Origin: Hypanus sabinus
Lineage: Eukaryota
Reading direction: 5' to 3'
Length of the DNA: 63,794 nucleotides
Assembly (NCBI RefSeq): GCF_030144855.1
Contig: NC_082707.1
Span: 28,892,001 to 28,955,794 of the forward strand
Positions within the stretch are counted from its first letter, which is position 1. Each line of letters starts with the position of its first letter. This document shows, piece by piece, positions 12,450-25,069 of this stretch. A program made the position numbers and the translations under genes. The notes under the pieces were generated by a model. The model was not told the DNA's origin. It worked only from the letters and a program-made list of their open reading frames with translations, and searched no databases.

Positions 12450-14000
12450 ACAGAGCAATACAGTGCAGATACAGGTCCTATGACCCAATGAGTCCATACT
12501 GACCACAGTGTTCACACAGCTAGTCTCAATTTCCTGTGTATGACCCATATTCCTCTAAGCCCCACACCTTCATCTACTAATCCAATTGCTTCTTAAATGA
12601 TCCTATTATTCCGGTTTCATCTACTTCTAGCAGCTTGTTCCATACACTCACCCCCTCCCCCCGTGTGGAAAAAGTTGCCCCTCAAGTCCCTTTGAAATCC
12701 TAACCCCTCACTCTAAATCTATTACCCCGAGTTTTGAACTCCCTTACCCTGAGAAAAGATTTTTACCATACACCTTATCTATGTCTCTCATAATTTTAAA
12801 CATTTCTCTAAGGTCACCCCTCATTCTCTTATGATGCAAGTGCTAAAGCCCCAGCCTAGTCAACTTCTCCCTTCAGTCCCTCCAGTACTGGCAACATCCT
12901 TGTTCGTATATCTATTCTGCACCTTCTCCAGTTCAACCAAATCTTTCCAATAATAGGGTGACCAGAGCTGTGGCCTCAACAATGTCTGGTAGAGCTGCAA
13001 CATGCACGCAACATGCCACTTTATTAGGTACACCTGTACACCTTGTTAATGCAAATATCTAATCAGCCAATCATGTGGCAGCAATTCATTGGATAAAAGC
13101 ATATCGATGTAGTCAAGATTCAGCTGATGGGAAGAAATGTGAGCTAAGTGACTTTGACTGCGGCATGGATGTTGATGCCAGACAGGACGGTTTGAGTATT
13201 TCAGGAACCACTGATCTCCTGGGATTTTCATGCACAACAGTCCCTGTATATTACAGATTATGGTGCAAAAGACATCCAGTCAGCAATGGTTCTGTGGGTA
13301 AAAACACCTTGTTAATGAAAAAGGTCAAAGGGGAATGGTCAGACTGGTTTAATCTGACAGGAAGGTGACAGTAACTCGAATAACCACATGTCACAACAGT
13401 GATGTGTTCAAGAGCATCTCTGAACACACAGATCATCGAACCTTGAAATGGATGGGCTACAACAGCAGCAAACCATGAACATACACTCAGTGGCTACTTT
13501 ACTAAGTAAAGGAGGTAACTAATAAAGTGGCTACTGAGTGTAATGTCCCAGCTGCTATACTCAGTTTCCTGACTGAAGGCCGGAAGGCTAAGTGCTTTTT
13601 TCTCCACACTATCTACTTGTGACTTTGCTTCCAACAAACTTTTCACTTGTATTCCTAAGTCCTGTTCCATTACACTCCCTGGTGCCCAACCATTGATAGG
13701 AGAAGTCCCACACTGGTTTGACTACAAAATGCATCACCTCACACTAAAATGAAGTGAAATCCATTTGTCACTCCTCAGCCCATTTGCTTTCCTGATCGAG
13801 ATCCCCTTCACATCTACGATAACCCTCTTCACTATCAGCCGCCTTTCCTAAATGTGTAATCTGCTAATCAAGCCTTGTGCAACCACATCCAAATCATTTA
13901 TATGAATAACAAGGGTCCCAACAGCACCCTTTGGTACACACAAGTCGCCAGACTCCCTTCCAACACTGAAATCCAATCCTGAGTTCATCTGCCTTGCCTC
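12450..14000 (-). mobile_element. CR1-like LINE 3' region, interrupted by a Tc1-like element
   Basis: Similar to the 3' part of the CR1 at 37330-38200; decayed. Confidence 0.65.
13014..13542 (+). mobile_element. Internally deleted Tc1/mariner element with transposase HTH remnant
   Basis: Truncated left TIR gccactttattaggtacacc; ORF 13075-13368 reads ELSDFDCGMDVDARQDGLSISGTTDLLGFS (Tc1 paired-like HTH); right TIR aataaagtggctactgagtg followed by TA. Confidence 0.8.
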
Positions 14001-15222
14001 TTAAACCTTAGCATTGAAATAAATGCAACTTGACTGAGTATTCACACAAGTTTTCAAGACATAAACTTGTATTATCCTCATTTCATCTCCCTTAGAGTTG
14101 GACAGTACAGACCATGCCAACACTAACATTTTTTTTTGCTCATGTACATTAATCATCCTATTTGTCTGCCTTTTATGTCCTGCTTATTCAAATGCCTGTC
14201 TGAATGTTTCTTAAACATAATGATTGTCTCTGACTCCACCACCACCTGGTACTGAAATTGGTACCCACTACAGGGATCTGTGGTATGACATGACAGGGCA
14301 AGTTTTGAGAAGGGTTACCAGTGAATCAGAACAATTCTCACAGCTGACAAAGCAGATGGTAGTTAACGTGGAATACAGATTACATTTAATCACTTAACAG
14401 CGAGTGATGCAAAGACTGGGTTTTTCCACATGGGAGTAACAAATACAAGCCTTCAAATAATTTTTTTTGAGTCCACAAATTTGCTTGCAACAACTTTTAA
14501 TTATTTCTCAATTGTTCTTTCTTTGGAAGTGAGTCTTGATGGTACTAATAGCCATTTGGCTCACATGAGCAGAAACTGAACCCGTTTGCTACTTGATGCT
14601 TCTGGCATTATAAATGCTCTATATAGTGTCACGTACTGCTTAAGTATGTAACAGAGGAAATGGATATTAGGCAAGACTTGGGATCAAACTGTACTTTCCC
14701 ATACCTTTGTAGCATATGAGCAGTGCCCACTCTGCCAGACTGAACATTGCACCTGCTCAACTGTGCAAGATCAACAGAGTAATGATCAGATCTGGGGCTG
14801 TCTTGGTGCTTTAACAACAAATTCAACTGCGGCATGGAGAGTATTTCAATTGCTGTTTAAGTGTTTGCTAAAGCACATATCCACTGTTTTCTGTAGCCTT
14901 AAGACAACAGAATTAAGCCATTCAGCCCATCAAATCTGCTCCAAATTGGTTGAATCAGCCATGAATTAGTTGCTGAGGACTGTGTAATAGTTTGGGGGTT
15001 GTGCACAGTGAAATGATCTCATAATATTATTCACATGGCATATACATAGGAGTGTGATACTTTGAGCTGATCTACCTTTTAATTTATACATCTGACAACA
15101 TTAATTTAAAAAAATTCAAACTTTCTGTGTTGTCTACCACTCTGCTTTCTCTGTCAGTCGGTAGATGTGAATTACTGGTATTGAACTACATCTTTTACTG
15201 TGCTGTGTTTTATTTTGGCCAG

Positions 15223-15326
15223 GCTCCTTTAAACGATCCTAATGCGTGTGCATCATTTATGGGACTGAAACCTTCAACAACTAAAATTCATCTGGTTCGA
15301 GCAATATTGGAATCCATAGCTTTCAG
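15223..15326 (+). CDS. GK5: GK5 coding exon: APLNDPNACASFMGLKPSTTKIHLVRAILESIAF(R)
   Basis: ttggccag| ... |gtgtgt; 104 bp; FGGY C-terminal signature HLVRAILESIAF. Confidence 0.97.
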
Positions 15327-15792
15327 GTGTGTGGAAACAAGCCGAAGATGTTATTTATTTGAACACTTCTGTGAGGAAGTAAAAGTACTTCTGGACTGTA
15401 ATCATTATTGTATATTATGTATTAGCAAGCTCTTTAAATGTTAAAATTTAATGATAGAGCCCAATTTTAGGTAATTGGCTTTTGGAGTGAACCTTTTTTT
15501 CCCTTTGGTATTGGATGTTTTTGTGGATTTGAAGTTATATCACAAGAACAGGCTGTATTGCCAGTGTCAAATGTACTAGAAGAAGGTTAAAGGAGAGGTA
15601 AAGGAAATCACTATTACTACAAGTTGGAGGGATCAGGAATTCTCTCCTTGTGATGGTGTTTAGAGTAAAAAAAAATCAAAGAGTTGGGTTCACGCTGGAA
15701 GACTGTATGTAAGTAGACCCTTTGGACCAATTCGTCCTTCTGACCAAGGTGCCTTTGTTCACTAATCCCTTTTGATCAGTATCTCCCTAAAC

Positions 15793-15871
15793 CAGGGGTT
15801 CCCAACCTGGTGTCCATGGACCCCTCAGTTAATGGTAGTGGTCCGTGGCATAAAAATGATCGGAACCCCTT
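15793..15871. mobile_element. Approx. 80-bp hAT-like MITE; inverted second copy at 46031-46109
   Basis: TIRs CAGGGGTTCCCAAC / ggaacccct; TSD not clearly preserved. Confidence 0.6.
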
Positions 15872-16879
15872 AGATGAACAGTCTTTCCTTTCCCTGTTGC
15901 TGCTGGGTAGCTTTTTTATTAAACTGCTACATGCACAATGTCCACTTCCAGTATTGTGAATTCTTTTATGATTCTGCAGAGAAACCACTTTATGATTGTC
16001 TTCATTTCCAAATGCTAAACTGCAAATTTACAACCCTAGTCTTTGGCCAGATATTTAGTCCATGATCAACGTACCTCTAAACCATTCTGGATTTTATTTC
16101 CAGAACAAAAAGCAATAAGGAATTATTGAGACTGACCATTTTGAGCCATTCATCTGGCCACAGCTCTCTGAACAATGATTGTTATGTTGCAGTTCCAGGT
16201 CTCAAACTTCCATAAATTCTAATCGTATACGCACATGATTAGCATGTACCCATGTGGTTTTTTGTTTGCTCGCAGATCATCCTTTACTGGAATGCAGACT
16301 TGGGACCGAGTTCTATCATTACTGCTGAAGCTGCTCTTGTTAACATAATTCCATTATTTCCTTCCACGTAACTCCCAATAATGATTCTTCATACAGATCA
16401 TCTGCTCTAGTTTTGCAATAGAACTTGGCCAGAAGTCTGTTAGTTTTCTGGATCTTTTCCTCCTCCATTGGAAGATTACTACAAGTTGGGAAATGTGTAA
16501 TCTCCTTATTAAATTTAATGTACTTTCTTGTCACAGTGATGACCGGCAGTCTTACTTGTGGAAATATAAACTTAAAACATACCAGACAAATATAACTGCA
16601 CTCCAGCTGTTGGCATATGCAGAACCGCTTCACATAAGCCATTGCAACCTTCTGACATGCAGGAAATTTGAATCTGTTGCTTTTAATGGTAAAATTCCAC
16701 AGCAAATATGTACCATGCTTCCCAATCTTGCTTAAAAGGCAGGTAATATCTAGACTCGCAAGTGAACAAAATTTGAAAATACTCTAAATTTTATTGGTGC
16801 TTTAAAGAATAATTTAACATTTTCTCTAAATCCTTTCCATATTAGTGACATTTTTGACATGTTTGTTTTGTGTACATAG

Positions 16880-16939
16880 GAACAAGCAACTATATGATAC
16901 AATGCTGAGAGAAATCCACATTCCAATTACACGTATCAG
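16880..16939 (+). CDS. GK5: GK5 coding exon: (R)NKQLYDTMLREIHIPITRI(R)
   Basis: acatag| ... |gtattt; 60 bp; cf. human NKQLYEMMKKEIHIPVRKIR. Confidence 0.95.
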
Positions 16940-17164
16940 GTATTTATTTGAATTTCAGAGCATTGTTTTTAGTGGGTTTTTTTGCACAATCAGTTCTGAA
17001 TTTTACAATTAACTCGCTAAAACTACTGATATCAATGAGCAAAATGTCCAGCATTTACTTTTAAAATGCCAAATAAATTTGTTTAACTTTTAGTTCAGTT
17101 TCTCCTGAGATGGTAGCTCTTAGTATTGCATTCCTTTTGCTGATATTTATTTTATTATATACAG

Positions 17165-17298
17165 AGCCGATGGTGGTATATGTAACAACCAGTTTGTCAT
17201 GCAACTTACAACAGATCTGCTCACCTGTGACATTGAGAGACCTAACCAAGTAGATATGTCCTGTCTCGGGGTAGCTTTTTTAGCTGGTCTTGCCATTG
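17165..17298 (+). CDS. GK5: GK5 coding exon: (R)ADGGICNNQFVMQLTTDLLTCDIERPNQVDMSCLGVAFLAGLAI(G)
   Basis: atacag| ... |gtatgt; 134 bp; ADGG nucleotide-binding motif and LGxAxLAGLA. Confidence 0.97.
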
Positions 17299-18315
17299 GT
17301 ATGTCAATTTTGAATTTGGATAACATTTTATATTAAAGTTAAAAGTAAATTTATCAAAGTACATGTATGTCATCATATACAACCTTGAGATTTACTTCCT
17401 TGAGGGCATACTCATTAAATCGATAATAGAATCATTGGAAGATCACACCAACTTGGGCGTTTGACCACAATGCAAACTACAACAAATAGTAAAAATAAAA
17501 AATATAGTAAGCAATAAATATTGAGAACATGAGACGAGTCCTTGAAAGTGAATCTATAGATTGTGGGAACATTTCAATGATTGGGGAAGTGAAGTTATCC
17601 CTACTGGTTCAAGAGCCTGATGGTTGAAGGGTAATAACAGTTCTTGAATCTGGTAGTGAGAGTCCTGAGGCTTTACCTGTGTTGGACCGGGCTATAATCA
17701 CAACTTTTTTTTTAGGATTTCCTGTTCAAAAGTGTTCAAATAAAATATCAATTACTTTTGCAAATCAAACTTTATCCACCTGGTCCACTGTCAAATACTT
17801 TTGCAGGGGAGTTTCAATTGTATTGCAATTCTGATAATGCAGTTAAAACTCGACATTCAATTCATTTGTGTATACAGTACCTTGTATAAACTTTTGCATG
17901 AGATTAGCACACCAGCCACTGTTACATAGTTGAGTTGATTATGATCAATAATGGGTCTTCTATGAATGACTCCTTAATCTGTTATTTGCTTTTACAAGCA
18001 GCCAATTTGAAGAGCCTACAGTTGTTATAACTCCCTTGGTAATTAGGATGAATTTTTTTTAAATGCAAAAAGACTGCTGATACTGGAATTCTGAAATAAA
18101 GAAAATGCTGGAAATATTCAGCAGATCAGGCAACATTGTAGAGTAGGAAAGTTAATATTTCCAGTTCATGACTTTCTAGCAAAATTGATCAAATGTGATA
18201 GATCAGGGAACATGTGAATCTTGCTATCTGATATAAAAGCTTACACAACACTGATTTAATTTATTTTTTTTTACAAGATAAGAGATCTTAATAATATTGT
18301 TTAATGCTGTTACAG

Positions 18316-18473
18316 GATACTGGGATAGCAGAGAAGAATTAAAGAAGATTAGCTCTGTGGAAAAGATCTTCAAACCACAAGCTGTACCACATCATTATAA
18401 AACCACATTAGAAAACTGGCAAATGGCTGTAAGACGATCCATGGATTGGTACAATAAAATAAAACAGAAGTGA
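18316..18473 (+). CDS. GK5: GK5 last coding exon: (G)YWDSREELKKISSVEKIFKPQAVPHHYKTTLENWQMAVRRSMDWYNKIKQK*
   Basis: gttacag| acceptor; in-frame TGA 18471-18473; cf. human FWTDKEELKKL...ENWAKAVKRSMNWYNKT. Confidence 0.96.
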
Positions 18474-19612
18474 TTTATTTTACTTGAAGATAGCACTGAC
18501 AAGTTTTTTGTAAAGATTCCAAGTACACTTAAGACTTGCACTGCTAAATCTAAAGAGTGAAAATGGACTTGTGTAATTCCACCTTCAGTTTTGTTGTAGA
18601 AATTGCTGTGGGAATGCTTGCAAATGTAAAACCAATTGTGCCTCCAACAAAAGGCAAAAAAACTGAAATTCATGTTTCATTATTTCTAATTCTCCCCATG
18701 TACCATCTGCCATTACCTATAAATGGTCCTTTCAAAATGGTGAAATCTAGTCCAAGTCAATGTGACCTGTGTACAAGGGACTGGCATTGTTGACCCTTAA
18801 ACTTGGGACCATTTGGTGAACATCAGGTGTTTTGCCTTTTCCACATGTTGAGTCCTTTGATTGTTGTAATCCTTGTTAATGGAAGAATATTTTGAGTTTA
18901 TTTTTACTAACATTGTATTTTTAATTCCACCGTGTGACTATAATGGTGATTGCACCTCACTAGTGCTTTCAAACATTTTGGAACTTTTAAGATTGATGGA
19001 GGGGTTATATAGATGTGTTTTTTATGATGAACAACAAATAATACTTGCAAATGGCTCTCAGAGTATCAAGTATTTGAATAACTAAGTTCTTTATTTATGC
19101 CATCCAAATGATAGAATTCATATAATGAAAGTTTACAAATTACCAAAACGTGCCGTAAGCTTTTCACTATAATCAATTGTGTAGGGATTTTTTTTTGTCA
19201 AATGGAAAATAATTTGTTTAAGCAGCTGAACTATGACTTGCCAAAAAGCTATTTGGAAATGAATAGAGATGAGTTTTTTTAAATTTATAACCTTGTATGT
19301 TAAAGAAAAAATAATTTGTTAAGGTGTCAAATTTTGAATTAGTTAGATCATCTTCAAAATAGTTGAACTCTAGAAATTTAAGAAGCAGGTAATGATAAAG
19401 TTATGACAATACTTGTTAAATTCTTGGGGTTATGAAACTTAATTGAAGTAGTGACTTCATTATCTACTCTTGTTCCTGATACACTAACTTTTTTTTCCCA
19501 GTTGGTGGCCAGTGATCCACAGAAGAAGACTTTCAGTTCTAATTAGAGTCAGAGCATTTTATTTATTTTTTTTTGCTGATCCTTCATTTATATAGTAATT
19601 AAATGTAACAAC

Positions 19613-19623
19613 ATTAAAATAAA
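19613..19623 (+). promoter_or_regulatory. Candidate GK5 polyadenylation signal (overlapping ATTAAA/AATAAA)
   Basis: attaaaataaa about 1.15 kb after the stop in AT-rich, repeat-free 3' UTR-like sequence; usage unproven. Confidence 0.35.
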
Positions 19624-20319
19624 TAGTGCTGCTGCTGGGAAGGATAAGATTATGATTTCTCAAATTCCTGTTGAATGCCATTGTTTAGTTTCATCCTCAC
19701 ATTAGGTGAGACTTTGTAGAGTAACTCCGTCTTAAATCAAAGTTCAGTGGACTCCTCATTCTGGACTTATCTTGTACAATGACTTGAACACTTAAAAACG
19801 CCAAAGCTTTCCTCTTTGGCCTCTGTCAGGAAAGAAATGTGGACTTGTTTTATTTTTAGGAGTTCCCTGCACCACACCTTTAAGAAGTATTTTAAAGATG
19901 CCTTGTGATCAAGTAAAATGTAATTTTCAGTCATTGTACTATTGTAAGGTTAAATGGTTCTGATTAAACCGGTGATTTTCTGTTTTGTTTTCTCATTCTG
20001 ATTTAATGTTAATTATATCCAGGAATGCAGAGTTCTCATGAAGCATGAGGCAATGATGCCACCTACTGTTACCATTCACAGTTCTGCTTTACAATAGGTA
20101 TAAAGAACACTCAATGCAGGAGTAAACAAAAGATTTAGATTTAGTGTTTTTAGTGTCCATTGGAAGTTTGTTAGTATTCCAACATAAACCAATGAAAGCC
20201 AGTTATTCTACACCAATTTCTATCAACTAACAATATGAAAGTACACATTTGTTTTTATATTGTTCAGATCAAGTTCAATTGTTATTCAAACTATACATGG
20301 ATGGATACAGCTGAGTGAT

Positions 20320-20493
20320 ACCCCATACACACTACACCAGCCAGTAGGTGTTTTCAGATTTACACACTCTGGAGAACGTTTTAGAAAAGCTCCGTCTTCG
20401 GGGGAGGAAAACGCCATTTCAGTGTGGACAGAGGGTCAAAATATAGAAAAAAGCTTTGGTTACAGATTTATCCGGTCCAGTATAGACGTAGCC
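20320..20493. mobile_element. PIF/Harbinger-like non-autonomous element fragment
   Basis: Terminus ccggtccagtatagacgtagcc|taa resembles GGCTACGTCCACACTAG-type TIRs with TAA target; internal agtgtggac. Confidence 0.5.
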
Positions 20494-21257
20494 TAAGACA
20501 GCATTCCTGAGGCCAAGGTGCTAAAACATGTGCATTCAAGGTGCAAGAAAAATATTGCCACGTAAGCAAGCACATTTCTTAGTCAGAGACCCTGAGCGAC
20601 AAGTCTTGCAAATTGATGGTTCTCGGTAATCCAGCCTGTCATTCCACTCATTGAACACCAGAGGGCAGTACCAACACAGCACGGATGCCATGCTGCAGCA
20701 GGCAAGCCCACAGCTTGAGGCCTAGTCTGCACTACACAAGACACTATGCTGCTGCCTTGCCAAGGGAAATCGGCCTGCAGCAATCCACATCCAATGAGCA
20801 ATTGCAAGAGGAAATCCAAGACACTCTGTTTCGCTGCATACAAAGTCCAGTGCCTTCCAGTGGCAACGCGGTCTGCAGCCAGGTCAGCTCCTCTGAACCC
20901 AATCTGGCTCACCTGGCAGCACAGCACTCTCCTCCAAACCACCGGCTGGCTACTCCAAACAATGAGCAGATCACTGATGTGGGAGACCTGCTATACCCAT
21001 AGTTATTGGAATTAAGTATAGACTTATGATCATTCAAAAACACATTAAACAAAGAAGAGAACGCCTTTGGTTGGCCCCCAAGAGGCTGCTGAGTGTGCAC
21101 GCATTACTTTCTTGCTGTCTTCTTCATCTAATAAAGTGCTATTTCTCTTCTTGAACAGCCCTGGCAAGAGGCCTTGAAAGGGAAGTGTCTATCACAATGA
21201 GTGGTTGGAAAGGGTCTTTTTTCTCTTGAGTGAACCATCCTGAGGAATAAAGTCCAC

Positions 21258-21715
21258 ATGCAAACAAGAGAAAAATCTGTATGTGCTGGAAATCCAAACT
21301 ACACACACACACACAAAATGCTGGAAGAACTCAGCAGGCCAGGCAGCATTTGTGGAAAAGAGACGCTTCTGCTGTTTCTGGCCGTGACCCTTCAGCAGGA
21401 CTGGGGAAAGAAGAGTATATTTAAGGTGGGGGGGGGGAAGGTGAAGTAGAGAGCTGGGAAGTTGATTGGTGAAAGATACAGGGCTGGAGAAAGGGGAATC
21501 TAAGAGGACAGACGGCCATGGAGGAGAGAAAAGGGGAATGAGTGCGAGAGAGAGGTGATGGGCAGGCCACGGAGATGAGGTGAGAGAGGGAAAAGGGGAT
21601 GGTGAATGGGGGGGTGGCTGGGCATTACTGGAAGTTCAAGAAATTGATGTTCATGTCATCGGGTTGGAGAAATACAAGGTGTTGTCCCTCCAACCTGAGT
21701 GTGACCTCATCGCGA
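21258..21715 (-). mobile_element. Penelope-like element 3' fragment (end of GIY-YIG region plus pLTR with decayed hammerhead)
   Basis: Homologous to 58554-59010. Confidence 0.8.
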
Positions 21716-23682
21716 CACGTCCGCACGACTGCCTTTGCCAAAATATCTGTGGCAGATTGAAATTCATCTGTCTGTCTGGACTCCTATCTTTCCAGTAAGG
21801 GATACTCTCCATTCTGTAGTGTAGTGTTTCTCCTCAGATTAAAAATGGAACTGGCCACGTGCAATGGTCCATCCATAATGTAGTGTTGGTCTTTAGTGTT
21901 GCATCAGCATGTACATCACTACAAGCTGCAGCAGTGAGGATAAAACCTCTTGGGCAGCTATAGAAATGAACCGTCAAGCCGGGAAGTAGCAGCATAAAGA
22001 GCAAGAGCAACCCAACATGGATGAGACTAAAGCGCTGCCATCCAGTCACATCCAGCTGTGAACAGAGATGATAAGTAAACAGATCCCGGAAAGAGAAGGC
22101 CCAAGCACTTACCCAGCCTCAATGATGGCAAGGCACTGTGATACAAATGCTAAAGATGAGGCTAAGCATTTGTAACCGTGTGCAGCCGGAACTGCTGAGC
22201 AGATGAGGCATCTTGGGTCTCTCCTTGAGCCAACACAGAATCCAATCTCCAACTGATTTGATTCACTCTATATAAGATGAAGGCATAGCTGATGGAAAGT
22301 TATAGGAGCAGACACCATTCTGCCTGTGGTGCTTCTGGTCAGACTGCTTTAACATTGGCATCTGCTATACAGGTAGGAAACATTTTGCCCAGCAAACCCA
22401 GAGATGTCCTTCAAGAGTAGGAGAAAAGCAGACTAGGTAATGATTACCCAAAGTAACAGATGGAAGCATTTATCCTCTGTTAGCCTCCTTGTTAATACCC
22501 AGGTTGGTTATTTCAAGGATCAGGTTTATAAAGCAAAGATGGGGGAAGATCTGAACTGAATATACATATGTTGGGTGGACCGGTTGAATCCAAGAAACTT
22601 TTCTGTTCAATTAATGTAATGTTTTCATAAAATACTGGAAAATATTTACAAATTTTTTAGAGTGGTTGTATATTGACAAGTGAAGATCTTTATAGATCAG
22701 TACAAGATCCTTCATTTGAATTCAAAATATTTCCTACAAAGATGCGTTAATGGAATGGGAATATCTCAAGATAAATGTACACAGATAAGAAAAAGTCATT
22801 AAGACCATGCAAAAGCTAAGAAATCATTGCTGGAGTTAAATATAAATATACAAGTATAAATCAGCCTTAAATGCCCATTCCCCACCCTTCTGGGTGCACA
22901 CTGGCTGCTGCGTGTACCATCTACAAAATACACACTGAATGATAAGGACTGCAGGGGTTCAGGAAGGTGGATGACCATTACCTTCTCAAAGGCAATTAAA
23001 GATGGTGTCCTTGCCAGATTTCAATCATACACCTTCACTTAATTTATCTGTTACCTGTGCTGCCACTGCAAGCAAGTTTGTTCTTGTTTTAACCTGTACC
23101 TCAACACATGACACTAAACTTGACTGGAACTCAGAGCAACTCACAAAGTACTGGTGGAACTCAGGCATCCGGTGGCACCAATGAAATGGGCCCATTTCCC
23201 TCCATTGATGCTGCCCGACTCGCTGAGTTCCTTCAGGGTTTTTCATGTCGCTCCAGACTGCAACATCTGCAATGTCTTGTGTCTCCATTAAAGTTAATTT
23301 AACTCTGAACCCACAGAAGAAGTCACCCTTGAACCTGAACAACTAAGGAGGATAAAATGTATAGTTGGGATCACGTTACAGAGACCATTTATTATTCTTA
23401 GAGAGATTACAGAACTCTGAGCACCGGAAAAGTTAAGATGAGGAAATATTAATGAGGTAGTTTGTTATCTTTAGAACACAGGAAGTTTAGAGCTGCTTAC
23501 TTTTTTTTAAATAACTTATAAGAGGCTAGTAATCCTGAACAGAAATAACTCATTTCCCTCAGCAGAGACTGTTCTGAGATTTAAGATAGTAGATAGAATT
23601 AGAGGGAGCAAAGACTTCTTTCTTCTCCAAGAGGATAAACTCATTAGGTGAATGGATAAAAGAGCAGTAACATTCATAACGT

Positions 23683-24862
23683 GAAAGACACATAGAGTGC
23701 TGGAGGAATGTAGGCAACATGCATGAACAGTTGGTGTTTTGCACTGAGACTCTTCATCAGGAATGAAAATCAGTTCCTCAGTATTTTGTGTCTGATGTTC
23801 AAGATTTCAGCATCTGCAGAATCTTTCGGGCCAACATTCATCAGTGATGTCATCCTTTTTCAAAGTATGGGGTTTCCCTTCCTCCATCATTGACACTGTC
23901 CTCACCCACATCTCCTCCATCTGTGCTCACCCCATCTTCCCACCGCCTTCACAGGGATAGACTTCTGCTTGTCCTCACTTACCACCCCATGAGCCTCCAC
24001 ATTCAACACATCATACTCCGCACCTTCCACCAACTTTAGCAGGATTCTCCTACGTTTACCTCTCCCCCATCTCTGTTTTCCACAGGGATCACTCCCTCCA
24101 CGATTCCCTTGTCCATTTGTCCCTCCCCACTAATCTCCCTCCTGGCACATATCGCTGACAAGAGACAGAAATACTCCACCTGCCCATTCACCTCCATTCA
24201 GTGCCCCAAATAGTCCTTCCAGATGAGGCAACCTGCAAGTCGGTTGGGGTCCTTGATTGTATCTGGTACTCCAGATGTGGCCTCCATATTGGTGAGACCT
24301 GATGTAAACTGGGGGACTGCTTTGTCAAGCACCTCCATTCCTAATGCCAAAAGCAGAATTTCCTGGTGGCCATTCCTATCCCGACATGGCCTCCTCTTTT
24401 GTCACGAGGAGGCCATTCTCAGAGTGCACGAGCAACAGCTCATATTCCATTTAGTTAGCCTCCAATCTGATGGCATGAACATCTATTGCTCCTTTCAATA
24501 AGAAAATTCCCTTCCCATTCCTCTATTCCCCACCCTGGCCTCTTCTCCTCATCTGCCTATCACTCCCCCCCCCCCCCCCCCCCCCCGTGCTCCTCCACTC
24601 TCCTCTCCGATCAGATTCATTCTTCCCCAGCCCTTTACCTTTCCCACTCACCTGGCTTCACCTATCATCCTCTAGCTAATTCTCCTTCCCCTCTCCCCAC
24701 TTTTTTTTTCCTGGCATCTTCCCTCTTCCTTTCCAGTCCTGAGAAAGGTTCTCAGCCTGAAACGCCAACTGTTTATTCATTTCCATGGATGCTACCTGAC
24801 CTGTTGAGTTCCTCCCAGCATTTGTGTGTGTAGTTCTGGATCTCCAGCATCTGCTGAATCTC
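23683..24862 (+). mobile_element. Decayed Penelope-like element 3' half with inverted pLTR at its 5' side
   Basis: Homologous to the reverse complement of 58554-59660; ends in pLTR ccagtcctgagaaaggttctcagcctgaaacgcc...cagcatctgc. Confidence 0.8.
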
Positions 24863-25069
24863 GTGGTTAACAATCATCATGCTTAGGTATTGTTCGTTCG
24901 TAAACCTGAAGGGAACAGGACCAAAGTCATGAAGATGGAGTACTTCAGTAGCTACGTTTCGACTAGCATGAGCATGATGGGCCGAAGGATTATGTGCTGT
25001 CAATTTTGGTTTGTATATGTTTTGTTCGTTTATTCCCTAATGTGCTTGAAAAGTCATACCGGTATTGGC

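Noticed and set aside
15613-16487. Shared 15-mer attactacaagttgg at about 15613 and 16473
   Set aside because: The flanks show no TE or TSD structure I could support; probably chance.
18453-18464. AATAAA motifs near the GK5 end
   Set aside because: They lie inside the coding sequence (N-K-I-K codons), upstream of the stop.
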